Shown here: positions 47,139-56,231 of the stretch, piece after piece
Layout of the letters: the number at the start of each line of letters is the position of its first letter
Numbering within the stretch: the first letter of the stretch is position 1
Source: Candidatus Latescibacterota bacterium
GTDB lineage: Bacteria; Latescibacterota; UBA2968
Reading direction: 5' to 3'
DNA length: 64,000 nt
NCBI GenBank assembly: GCA_965204375.1
Contig: OZ241986.1
Coordinates: 1,920,001-1,984,000, forward strand
Notes under the pieces: model-generated
What the model was told of the DNA's origin: nothing
What the model saw: only the letters and a program-made list of their open reading frames with translations
Databases searched by the model: none
Program-made: the position numbers and the translations under genes

Positions 47139-48497
47139 GTGAAAACAATTTACTACACAGTGCTTTTGCTAACCGTCTCGCTACACGGCTGCACCACCTA
47201 TTCTCACTTTTCGGGCGACTTTCGCACGAGCCTGCGCGCGCGCAACTACGAAGACGCCCGTGCAAAAATCAAAAAGTCAAAAAAAAGAGGCAACCAATTG
47301 CTCTATCTCCTCGAAAATGGCCTCCTCACCCACTATCAGGGCCACTACGAAACATCCAACCGCTATTTTGCCGAAGCCGAGCGGCTGTCAGATCGGCTCT
47401 ATACCCGCTCGGTTTCCCGAGAAGCCGCCGCATTTTTGACCAACGACGCCATACGCAACTACCGCGGCGACAGCTTTGAAATGGTCGCCGTTCACTACTA
47501 TCGTGCGCTGAATTACTGGTACCTGGGCCTCCCTGAAGACGCCCTTGTCGAATGCCGAAAAGCCAATTTGAAACTCGACCAATACGCCATTCACAATGGA
47601 CAGGCAAGTTACAAAAATGACGCCTTCATTCACTACATCACCGGCCTGTTCTACGAAGCTACCGGCGAATTCAACGACGCCCGCGTCTCCTATCAACACG
47701 CCCAAGACGCCTATTCATACTACAAAAAAAAGTTCCACACTGCTCCACCTCAAACCATCGCCGAAGACCTCAATCATGTAGATGCCATTCTCAACGGTGA
47801 GGGCGCCGACATGCGCTTTGCCTCGCTCAACATCCTGCCCTTTGTACCGCCTGTGGGCAATGGCGAACTCGTGATCTTTTCTGAAATCGGCTTTATCCCC
47901 CGCAAAGTGCAAGAGGAAATAGATCTCCCCATTTACGAAGAAGACATCAAACACAGCAAGGACGACAAAGTATCTTCCATCGCTACTGAAATCTCACGCC
48001 GTCGCCACCGCGTATATCCCATTCGCGACGTCGAATACTGGTTGCGCGTCGTCCTTCCCAAATACGAAGCCATCGCCCCGCGCACAAAACGCATTCGTAT
48101 CCGTACAGGGAACCACGCGGTCCAAACGCAGATCGCCCAAAATTACGCCGCGATAGCAAAAACATCGCTCCAGGATCACTACCCGAGGATTATGATCAGA
48201 ACAATTGCACGCGGGCTTGTGAAATACATAGCCCACCGAGAGGCCAAAGACGAAAATGAAATCCTCGGTTTCTTCGTCAACCTGTTCAACATCTCAACCG
48301 AAATCGCCGACACGCGCAGTTGGGTCTCATTGCCCCACAATATTCAAATCGGCCGCCTCGAACTGCCACCCGGCATCCACACCATCACACTCGAAGCACT
48401 CGACGCCAACGGCCGCATTATCGAAACCGAAACATTTACCAACATCGAAATCAAACCCGGTCAACGCACGTTCTTGAATCACAGAGTTTACCAATAA
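47139..48497 (+). CDS. COG3014-like TPR lipoprotein
   Basis: Lipobox LHGC; LLYLLE.G, SN.YF..AE, Y.G..FE, ALNY...G..EDALVE.RK, ADTRSW.SLP..IQ. Confidence 0.8.
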   Translation: MKTIYYTVLLLTVSLHGCTTYSHFSGDFRTSLRARNYEDARAKIKKSKKRGNQLLYLLENGLLTHYQGHYETSNRYFAEAERLSDRLYTRSVSREAAAFLTNDAIRNYRGDSFEMVAVHYYRALNYWYLGLPEDALVECRKANLKLDQYAIHNGQASYKNDAFIHYITGLFYEATGEFNDARVSYQHAQDAYSYYKKKFHTAPPQTIAEDLNHVDAILNGEGADMRFASLNILPFVPPVGNGELVIFSEIGFIPRKVQEEIDLPIYEEDIKHSKDDKVSSIATEISRRRHRVYPIRDVEYWLRVVLPKYEAIAPRTKRIRIRTGNHAVQTQIAQNYAAIAKTSLQDHYPRIMIRTIARGLVKYIAHREAKDENEILGFFVNLFNISTEIADTRSWVSLPHNIQIGRLELPPGIHTITLEALDANGRIIETETFTNIEIKPGQRTFLNHRVYQ

Positions 48498-48516
48498 TTC
48501 CACAAGGAGGAACACA

Positions 48517-49329
48517 ATGAAAATTTCACATCAAAGCCTTATGTTATTCATCGCTCTCAGCCTGTTGGTTTCAACAGCAAACGCGGCGAAACCAGACCTT
48601 CCGCCCACGCGGGGCATTGTTGTCAACCTCGTCGAATGGGACGGCGGAGAATTGCCCGCGGTTTATGAACGCACGGACCAACTTCCCTTCACCCGTGAGG
48701 ACCTGTTGCAATTGGTACAAAGCGACTTCAAACCCGACCAAATCGCACAGATGGTTTCCGAGCGACGATATGCGGGCGATGCGTCTGCCGAAGGGCTGAT
48801 CGCACTGAAGAAAGACGGTATCGAGTCCGTCGTGATACAGGCCATCTCCAAACACGCGCTCGCGCCCAACCAATCGCTCAACCTCACCGTTTACCTGACC
48901 TTTGACGGCATTTCTCAAACGGCGCGCCATCGCTTTCTCTACGTCATAATTCCCGACGGCGAGATCCAGCGCGTCTTCACTGCGGACTTAAACACCGTGC
49001 TCGCCGGGCAATGGAGGCAGGACACCCTGATCGACGCCACAGACCCGTTGCTCCCGCGAAAAATCAGGCGCGTCACCTTCTCGGGAACAATCCCACTAAA
49101 AACACACGGCAGCAAAACTGTTCGGATATTCACATCCTCGCGCCCGGGCATCCATCAAATCGACGAAATACCGGCGATAGACCTCTCGCGGGTTCAAACA
49201 TATCAAATGGACTATCCAGTCAGTTCACCCATTCAAGACTGCCGCGCCTATATCCGCTATAAACAGGATGTCGTGCTGCCGAACAAATGGCACATGATTG
49301 ACACGCGGATGGAATGCGAGTGGCGATAA
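48517..49329 (+). CDS. Secreted hypothetical protein
   Basis: AAGGAGG RBS; signal peptide ending ANA; helical module FTREDLLQL...DASAEGLIALKKDG....VIQA. Confidence 0.7.
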   Translation: MKISHQSLMLFIALSLLVSTANAAKPDLPPTRGIVVNLVEWDGGELPAVYERTDQLPFTREDLLQLVQSDFKPDQIAQMVSERRYAGDASAEGLIALKKDGIESVVIQAISKHALAPNQSLNLTVYLTFDGISQTARHRFLYVIIPDGEIQRVFTADLNTVLAGQWRQDTLIDATDPLLPRKIRRVTFSGTIPLKTHGSKTVRIFTSSRPGIHQIDEIPAIDLSRVQTYQMDYPVSSPIQDCRAYIRYKQDVVLPNKWHMIDTRMECEWR

Positions 49330-49364
49330 GACACGCCTTTCACCTCTCAACAAGGAGACAGACC

Positions 49365-49952
49365 ATGAAACTCATCACCTATGCAGCAATCGTCCTGATC
49401 GGCCTCACAACCGGATGTGCCGGTCCCAGAGCCTTTACAAAAGGGACTTATGAAGATCCCAAAACCATCGCCTTGCTCGACGACCGCTTTAACGAAAACG
49501 ACATGCAACTCATCGCCAAAAAAGTCGTCAATTCAATTCTCGAAGCACCGTTGAACAGGCCCGAACCCGCCATCATGCTCGGCAAAATGCGCAATCGCAC
49601 CACTGAACACATCGACATGGTAGCTCTCTCCGATAAAATCAAAACCGCATTGATCCAGAGCGGCAAAGTGCGCTTTGTCGATGTAACCAACCGCAAAGAC
49701 ATCGCCACAGAATACGAATATCAACAATCGGGCTACGTCGATCTCACACAGGCCAAAGCACCGGGTAAACAGACCGGATCAGACATGATCCTCACGGGCA
49801 CACTCAGCGCGAATGTACAGGAAGTGGGCAAAGACAAACTCATCTACTACAAAGCCACCTTCCAACTGACTGACCTGACCACATCTGAAATTATATGGAC
49901 AGACGAAAAAGAAATCCGCAAAGCCTACAAAAAGCGCAGCATAGGATTGTAA
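49365..49952 (+). CDS. lpoB: Penicillin-binding protein activator LpoB-like lipoprotein
   Basis: Lipobox TTGC; NENDMQL.A, MRNRT.EHID, IKTALIQSGKVRFV, EYEYQ, GKQTG.D, IIWTDEKEIRK. Confidence 0.75.
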   Translation: MKLITYAAIVLIGLTTGCAGPRAFTKGTYEDPKTIALLDDRFNENDMQLIAKKVVNSILEAPLNRPEPAIMLGKMRNRTTEHIDMVALSDKIKTALIQSGKVRFVDVTNRKDIATEYEYQQSGYVDLTQAKAPGKQTGSDMILTGTLSANVQEVGKDKLIYYKATFQLTDLTTSEIIWTDEKEIRKAYKKRSIGL

Positions 49953-50085
49953 TTGCGCTGGAGACCTGAGATTATTAGGTTGGAATTACGAATTGGGAAC
50001 TGAGCAGTAAAAATTAAGGGTTGGGCGGTTGGGTATCCTGCACATCCTTCCATCCTTTAATCCTGATCCAGAAAGGAGCAAAACC

Positions 50086-50631
50086 ATGAAACACCTGTTA
50101 TTCACACTCGCAATCGCCCTGCTTTTGGGGAGCAGTGCCAGCGCGCAAACGGGTCGAACTGATGGGGCAGAAGAAAGCGAATTTGGCAAAGGGGGATACC
50201 CTTTTGGAGGCCCGAACCATCGCGTCTATCTCAACACCGCCTTTGGCTCTGGATTTTTTGACCTGACGGACGTCAACAAAACGCGCACGGGGTTTCTCTA
50301 CGGGATTGAACTCGGCGTCGAAATGGACCAGTGGCTCGGCATTCAGGCGGGCTATAATTATCTTTCCGACCGCGACATGTCCATCTTCAGCCTCGGCTCG
50401 CGTTTCGCCTACGCCTTTGACCCCTTTGTGTACCACGTCTCACTCAATGCCGGGCTATACGCGCCCAATGAAGGCAGTCGCAACTTTGGTCTGGCACCTG
50501 GCGCTGGCATAGACATCGTCCTCCACAAACGGGTGCGTATCGGACTCGACTACAAACACGACTTTATCTTCACCGACAACCGCATCACCGACATGGATCG
50601 GATCTACGCGGGTCTCAAATTCTTCTTTTAA
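50086..50631 (+). CDS. Outer-membrane beta-barrel protein (OmpA-like, 8-stranded)
   Basis: AAGGAG RBS, signal peptide, alternating hydrophobic strands, C-terminal YAGLKFFF. Confidence 0.75.
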   Translation: MKHLLFTLAIALLLGSSASAQTGRTDGAEESEFGKGGYPFGGPNHRVYLNTAFGSGFFDLTDVNKTRTGFLYGIELGVEMDQWLGIQAGYNYLSDRDMSIFSLGSRFAYAFDPFVYHVSLNAGLYAPNEGSRNFGLAPGAGIDIVLHKRVRIGLDYKHDFIFTDNRITDMDRIYAGLKFFF

Positions 50632-50678
50632 ACGCGGATGAAGCAGATGACGCGGATAGACGCGGACTAAAAAATGCA

Positions 50679-50710
50679 AAAGGCGAGAGGCTAATTAGCC
50701 TCTCGCCTTT
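50679..50710. terminator. Bidirectional terminator (perfect 32-bp palindrome)
   Basis: AAAGGCGAGAGGCTAATTAGCCTCTCGCCTTT between convergent genes. Confidence 0.8.
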
Positions 50711-50746
50711 CTTCGTGTTTCTTGGTGTTTCTTCGTGGATCGTCAC

Positions 50747-51763
50747 CTATCCAAACACATCACTCGCGACAAAAGCCATACCCAGTGCAGCGGCAGAATC
50801 GCCACCGCACGCCCATTCAAACTGCGTTGAGACAGCCTGCGTATCAAAGGGATTTTCGAGATATATCGGCCATGACCCATTCTCAAATCCCTCAATCACC
50901 CACGCCATATACCGATCGCGAAAAGAAGCTTCTGAAAGCCCCCCACCAATCACCACAAGCCCAGGATCGAATAACCGCACCCAATTCGCGATTGCATAAC
51001 CCAGAATAAATGCCTGCTCCTTAAAAAGCGACACAGCGAGTGGATCGTCATTTTCCGCGTAATCGCGGAGTTGATACGCCTTTTCCTCTATCGACGCATC
51101 AGACGCATTCAGCGCGTGATCCTTCCATTTCTCCCCCGCCAATTCAATCCCAAGCCTGCGTCTCAATGCCATAAGCGACACCCAGGCCTCCGCACATCCC
51201 GTCAGCCCACACGAACAAGCAGGCAACTCCCCATCCACCTCCCGAAACGGAACCGAAGCATGCCCCACTTCCAGCGCGAGACCATTTGCCCCCTCGTAAA
51301 TCTGCCCACCGGGCAAAACCAATCCACCGCCCAAACCCGTTCCAGGCGCGACGAGCAGAAGGCCCGCATCGGAATCCGGACGCGCCGCGTATTCCCCTGC
51401 TGCCGCTGCATTGCCGTCATTTGTCATATACACGGGCACACCCGCACGCGCAGAAAACTCACCGCGAATATTTGTTCCCACCCAATCCGCACCCAGATTG
51501 GCCTGCACCCGAATCACGCCACTGCTACTCGGCGCGGGCACATCCAGCCCAATACCCGCAATATCCGATTGACGCCTCCCTGCGCGATCAGTCAATAACG
51601 ACAAAGCTTCCTCGAGCTGTGCAAACGTAGCCTCATACCCATCCTTAACGCGACTGGGCACCTCCACCATATCGCCCAATAAATTGCCAGCAGCATCGAC
51701 GAGAATGGACTTCACACTCGTCCCACCAATATCCAAACCCGCAAAACAGCGCGTATCGCTCAT
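50747..51763 (-). CDS. ROK family sugar kinase
   Basis: GLDIGGT, NDGNAAA.GE, GTGLGGG, EVGH, CSCG..GCAE zinc motif; no HTH. Confidence 0.9.
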   Translation of the reverse strand: MSDTRCFAGLDIGGTSVKSILVDAAGNLLGDMVEVPSRVKDGYEATFAQLEEALSLLTDRAGRRQSDIAGIGLDVPAPSSSGVIRVQANLGADWVGTNIRGEFSARAGVPVYMTNDGNAAAAGEYAARPDSDAGLLLVAPGTGLGGGLVLPGGQIYEGANGLALEVGHASVPFREVDGELPACSCGLTGCAEAWVSLMALRRRLGIELAGEKWKDHALNASDASIEEKAYQLRDYAENDDPLAVSLFKEQAFILGYAIANWVRLFDPGLVVIGGGLSEASFRDRYMAWVIEGFENGSWPIYLENPFDTQAVSTQFEWACGGDSAAALGMAFVASDVFG

Positions 51764-51800
51764 AACCTTCTTCCGTAAAAAGTAAAAAAAACCATATCAG

Positions 51801-51905
51801 GACGAATCTACGGGACGGTGTACAACTGACCGCCTCTCAGGTCAGTTCATCTACGATGGAGTTCGCTCTGACTTGGGGTAGCGGGACAGGGTTCGTCTAT
51901 TCGTC
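51801..51905. repeat. Modular TCTA-jointed palindromic element, copy 2
   Basis: GACGAA-TCTA-[B inverted]-TCTA-[A']-TCTA-TTCGTC; overlaps the 3' end of 51847..53073. Confidence 0.8.
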
Positions 51906-53073
51906 TAATCACAAACAACTGACGCGTTCCATTTCTGGAAATCGATGGAAAAAGCACCTGATCACTCGTGCGATTCCAGCAGGGCGCGGGATCGCTCCTC
52001 AAATCCCCCGATATCCACTCCTCCTGATCGTATCGCCGAGTTCGCACCCATGCCCCGTCAGCCATGCGATACATCACATAAACTGTTCCGCGCTTTGGTC
52101 CCGAACCATTGATAATCCACTTACCATCTGGAGAAAACGCATTGTCTCCGCCAGGCTCTGGAAAAACAGACTGATCCCCCAGGGTCCGTGCAATTTTCTG
52201 CTCATCGGTATCGTACACCACCAGATCATCTGCATTGTGACCGAGAATCTCATGCCCTTCCAACCACTCGGGATGACCGCCAATAAAAACCTTCTGGATG
52301 GTCAAATCACTCCCATCGGGATTTACGGTAAAAGGCACATTGAGCCGCGCTTCGCGCTTATTGAACTTGCCCCGTGCATAAAAATAAATCCGATCATCAT
52401 CCCGGTTCCACAGCGTATGATTGATAAACATCTCCTTGCTCTCAACTCCCGGATGGTAATCCCGCAACGCATCTCCCAACTGGGCAAAAGATACAATCAG
52501 CTCTTTCTCTTCCGTATTCACATCAACCTTAAAAATCCCATCGTCCTCGGGATGTGCAACCCCTTCGGTCCAATCCGCCGCGCCGAGATACCCAGTCACC
52601 AACCGCAGACGCGCCATGCGCGCGTAGTTTAATCCCAAAAAATAGCCGCCATTTTGCGCCACACCGCTGTTGCCAAACGACGTATCTTCATAGCGATATT
52701 CGCGGATCCTTTTCCCCCTGGAAATATCGAACAAAACCGTGAAAACTTGCTGCGTCTCCAGATCGCGATCATTAAAGAAAAATTGCGTCTCAGGCGATTC
52801 GGGATTCCAATAAAACATCGTGCCCTGCTGCGGATTCCATCCCTGTGACTGATCAACCACCTGGATTGCATGCTCATTCTCAGTATCAATCAAAATCACA
52901 TCCGCTGCCTCACCAGGTCCGGGCATATGGTCCTGAAAACCATTCTGCAACGCGACGATATAACGACCGCTCTGATTCCAGGGAATGGTTTGCGATTGAC
53001 CGATATACCCAAAAAAGTGATGTTTGGGACCATACGTGATCTGCTCAACTTCAAGCTCAAAAGAATCTGCCAA
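51847..53073 (-). CDS. Beta-propeller protein (oligogalacturonate-lyase/TolB-like), function unknown
   Basis: HHFFGY....PW, WN.QQG, FFNDR, NH..WN.D, GHPEW, FSPDGKW, DLR.DP.P.WNR, SRNGTRQLF. Confidence 0.55.
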   Translation of the reverse strand: MADSFELEVEQITYGPKHHFFGYIGQSQTIPWNQSGRYIVALQNGFQDHMPGPGEAADVILIDTENEHAIQVVDQSQGWNPQQGTMFYWNPESPETQFFFNDRDLETQQVFTVLFDISRGKRIREYRYEDTSFGNSGVAQNGGYFLGLNYARMARLRLVTGYLGAADWTEGVAHPEDDGIFKVDVNTEEKELIVSFAQLGDALRDYHPGVESKEMFINHTLWNRDDDRIYFYARGKFNKREARLNVPFTVNPDGSDLTIQKVFIGGHPEWLEGHEILGHNADDLVVYDTDEQKIARTLGDQSVFPEPGGDNAFSPDGKWIINGSGPKRGTVYVMYRMADGAWVRTRRYDQEEWISGDLRSDPAPCWNRTSDQVLFPSISRNGTRQLFVIRRIDEPCPATPSQSELHRR

Positions 53074-53099
53074 TTTATTCTCCTCGTGAATTTTACGAA

Positions 53100-54725
53100 C
53101 TAAATCCCTATCGCATATCCATCGCGCCTCGGATCTGCACCGCCCATCAGCGCACCCGATTCAGCATCCACCACAATACCCTGCGCGCCCCCGCAAACGG
53201 CGGAATAATCGGGCAACACCTTCACATCGTGCCCATGTGCTTTCAGTGCGCGCCGAACAGACTTCGACATCCGCCTTTCAATGGACACCTGCGTACCTGC
53301 ACTCTCAATGCGGAACCGGGGTGCTTCAATCGCCGCCTGTATATTCATGCCGTAATCCAGCACATTGGTCAAAAATTGCACCGATGTTTGTTGAATCCCC
53401 CAGCTTCCCGGCGTACCCAGCGCGGAAAAAAGCGCGCCATCTCGAAATACCAGCATCGGCGACAGGCACATATCCACTTTTTTGTGAGGCGTAATACAAT
53501 TTGGGCTTTCGGGCACAAGATCGCCCCACCGAATAAAATTGTTCAAAAACATACCCGTATCGCCCATCATCACCCCCGACCCAAACCCCGACCCCAAACT
53601 CTGAGTTATAGCCACGGCATTGCCATCGCCATCGACCACATCGAAATGCGTCGTGCATTCATTGCGCCATGCCGCTGGATCACCCGGTTCAATCTCGCCC
53701 GGCAATTTCGTCGCTGGATACCACTCGCCCCGATGCACACCCGCGCGATTTCCAATCAGCTTTCGGCGTTCTTCCGCATACCCCTTTGCCAGCAATCCTT
53801 CAACCGGAGCCTGCGGGGCTGCAGCGTATTCTATCCGATCTGCATTGCCCAATTTCACGGCTTCGATGAACAGGTGTACTGCCTGCTCTGAATGGTGTTC
53901 CATCTCTGCCAGATCGTATCCCTCCAGCATATTGAGCGTCTCGAGAATCTGAAATCCCGCGCTCGGTGGTGGCGGGCAAAACACCTCATAGCCGCGATAG
54001 GTCGTCGCTATCGGATCAACCCATTCGGGTTCAAAATCCGCCAGATCGCGCTCGGACAACCAGCCCCCTTCCGCCTGAATATATTCCGCCATTTCGCGCG
54101 CGAGGTCGCCGCGATAAAAAACCTCTGCTCCCCCTTCGGCAACCCGCCGAAACGTCCGCGCCAAATCCTTTTGAATGAGAATTTCACCCGGCAGAGGTCC
54201 GCGCCCACGCGACAGAATAACGCTTACAGCCCTGTCGTTCATCTTCCCACCACTATTCATCGATTGACTATTTTTCACCGTCACGGCATACCCGTTCTCC
54301 GCCAGATCAATCGCAGGTGCAAATACATCTGCTGGCGTCATCGTGCCATAGCGTTCCAACAATTCCAACCAGCCACCACAAGCACCCGGCGTCAAACACG
54401 AACGCGACCCAGCATCTTTATCCGCCGGTCCATCAAACAACTCCGCACGCGCCTGATGCGGTGTTCGGCCACAATAATCCAGGACGCGCCTGTGGTCGTT
54501 TTTTGCATCGTACACAATCGCATACCCCACCCCCGCAATACCAGACATATAGGGTTCAACAACATTGAGCGCGGCAGCAACCGCGACCGCAGCATCAAAC
54601 GCATTGCCCCCTTCAAGCAACATCCGCACGCCAGATAGCGCAGCTTGAGGATGCGCGCACGCCACCATACCACGCGTACCCGTAACCGTTGGTCTATGTG
54701 TCACACCATGTGCTGAAAAAGCCAT
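53100..54725 (-). CDS. ggt: Gamma-glutamyltransferase family protein
   Basis: GGNAFDAAVA, VVEP.MSGIAG, FYRG..A, PPPSAG, catalytic TTHF.VVD.DGNAV, GTPG, GGADPRRDG. Confidence 0.9.
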   Translation of the reverse strand: MAFSAHGVTHRPTVTGTRGMVACAHPQAALSGVRMLLEGGNAFDAAVAVAAALNVVEPYMSGIAGVGYAIVYDAKNDHRRVLDYCGRTPHQARAELFDGPADKDAGSRSCLTPGACGGWLELLERYGTMTPADVFAPAIDLAENGYAVTVKNSQSMNSGGKMNDRAVSVILSRGRGPLPGEILIQKDLARTFRRVAEGGAEVFYRGDLAREMAEYIQAEGGWLSERDLADFEPEWVDPIATTYRGYEVFCPPPPSAGFQILETLNMLEGYDLAEMEHHSEQAVHLFIEAVKLGNADRIEYAAAPQAPVEGLLAKGYAEERRKLIGNRAGVHRGEWYPATKLPGEIEPGDPAAWRNECTTHFDVVDGDGNAVAITQSLGSGFGSGVMMGDTGMFLNNFIRWGDLVPESPNCITPHKKVDMCLSPMLVFRDGALFSALGTPGSWGIQQTSVQFLTNVLDYGMNIQAAIEAPRFRIESAGTQVSIERRMSKSVRRALKAHGHDVKVLPDYSAVCGGAQGIVVDAESGALMGGADPRRDGYAIGI

Positions 54726-54845
54726 AACACTGCTCCTGAGAATTGTTTTAAGTAGCCATTCAAATCTTTGTGGATTTAAGCATTCTACAATGGTATTCTG
54801 AACAAATGGAAGCGGCGTCAAAAATCGACCTAACGCTATCCTCCC

Positions 54846-54879
54846 TGTCATTGCGGCATGGTTTTGAGCCGCAATCCAG
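54846..54879. repeat. REP-like palindrome
   Basis: TGTC-ATTGCGGC-N10-GCCGCAAT-CCAG; single copy in the window. Confidence 0.4.
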
Positions 54880-54939
54880 TTTTTTGTCCAGAAATATCAG
54901 GGGCGACTACTTACCTGTTCGAGTGCATTTTAAGTCAAT

Positions 54940-55164
54940 TTATTTTGCCTTAATAAACTCATCAACGGTAAGTTCTATATCCTGTGCGATTTGTCGCAAC
55001 AGGACTGGCGAAATATCTCTTCCTTTATGAAATGGAACGGTCGTTGCTCGTCCATCTACATGACGATATTGTTTGTGTGAACCTCGTTGGCGAACTTCTC
55101 GAAACTGCAATCTTTTAAGCAGCCGATCCACTTCCCGAGGCTTAAGTACTGGTATTTTAGGCAT
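54940..55164 (-). CDS. hicA: HicA family toxin
   Basis: F.EVRQRGSHKQYRH.DGR.TTVPFH...I...LLRQI. Confidence 0.92.
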   Translation of the reverse strand: MPKIPVLKPREVDRLLKRLQFREVRQRGSHKQYRHVDGRATTVPFHKGRDISPVLLRQIAQDIELTVDEFIKAK

Positions 55165-55370
55165 TAAGAGGTCACTATTTGTTGAGTGCCAAAAAACTCA
55201 GAATTGAGATATGGTTCACCATCCTCAAGAAGCATTTCGATCACCTCTATCAGGTTCTTATTAAGCTCATCTAATGTCTCGCCTTGAGAATGGGCACCGG
55301 CAAAACCGGGCACATAACCTACATATAACCCGGTATCCTTACAAAATTCCACAATAGCTGTAAAACGCAT
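55164..55370 (-). CDS. hicB: HicB family antitoxin (short form)
   Basis: YVGYVPGF.GAHSQGETLDEL..NL.EVI.MLLE; TAATG overlap with hicA. Confidence 0.92.
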   Translation of the reverse strand: MRFTAIVEFCKDTGLYVGYVPGFAGAHSQGETLDELNKNLIEVIEMLLEDGEPYLNSEFFGTQQIVTS

Positions 55371-55417
55371 TTTTCACCTCGCTTAATTTATAGTGCCTAT
55401 TCCGATGCGACGACTTG

Positions 55418-56191
55418 TTATTCAGATGGGACCTCGATTCGAAATTCACGATCAACCTTTCTCGCTTGAACGCATGGGATATTGCGCTCCTGGCATAGAG
55501 TCTCAATCTTGGATTTGAACTGATCTTCTATTTTTATTCCAAGAATAACACGCGAAATTGGCCCCGGCAATGGACATTCTTGATCACCTTCCTCCGTTAT
55601 TAAACGCCATTCTTTCTCGTATGCCCATTCCCAGGATTTGGTTTTCATCATACTTTTGAACGTCGTACCATCCTTTTTAAGCAACATCTGCTCAAAATCA
55701 ATTATTGGATAATGCCTATCATATTGCACGGGCGAACAAATACCTATATCGCCAAGACAATTATCTGCGGCACGGGTAAACTCAAAGCAAACCCCTGTGT
55801 GTCCTTTTGCATAATGTGACCACATAAGTGTCGAATTATATTCCTCTGACAGACATAAGACTCCAGAGTTTTTGTTTTCTTGAATAAATTGCTGAGTTTC
55901 TATTTGTATTCGATCCCGTTCTTCAGGGATAAATTTCCCATCGTCGTCAAAATTCGAGTCCACGTATTGGACAATATGAGGAGGCCATTGGTCGCGTTCA
56001 CCATACCCTTGGTAAAGAGACTTCAAGAAACCTTCTTCAGTTATGTATTTTTCAATTTCCAAGTCACAATCAAATGGGTCATTGAATCGTTCTGGTTTTG
56101 CAGCCCAAAGGCAACTGTTGTGCAAGATATCCAACGTATAGCAGTTTGGTGGTTTGTACATGTAAAGCTTCGTGATACGTGGATAGTACAT
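55418..56191 (-). CDS. DUF2971 domain protein
   Basis: LYMY, FNDPFD, VLCLSE..NS.LMWSHYA.GHTGVCFEF, V.Y, TKS.EWAYEKEWR, VILG. Confidence 0.88.
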   Translation of the reverse strand: MYYPRITKLYMYKPPNCYTLDILHNSCLWAAKPERFNDPFDCDLEIEKYITEEGFLKSLYQGYGERDQWPPHIVQYVDSNFDDDGKFIPEERDRIQIETQQFIQENKNSGVLCLSEEYNSTLMWSHYAKGHTGVCFEFTRAADNCLGDIGICSPVQYDRHYPIIDFEQMLLKKDGTTFKSMMKTKSWEWAYEKEWRLITEEGDQECPLPGPISRVILGIKIEDQFKSKIETLCQERNIPCVQARKVDREFRIEVPSE

Positions 56192-56231
56192 CCGCTATGT
56201 CTCCTAAATATTTTTTGAATACACTCAATTT

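Noticed and set aside
50679-50710. Perfect 32-bp palindrome as an operator or recombination site
   Set aside because: Its position between convergent genes with A/T tails is fully explained by a bidirectional terminator.
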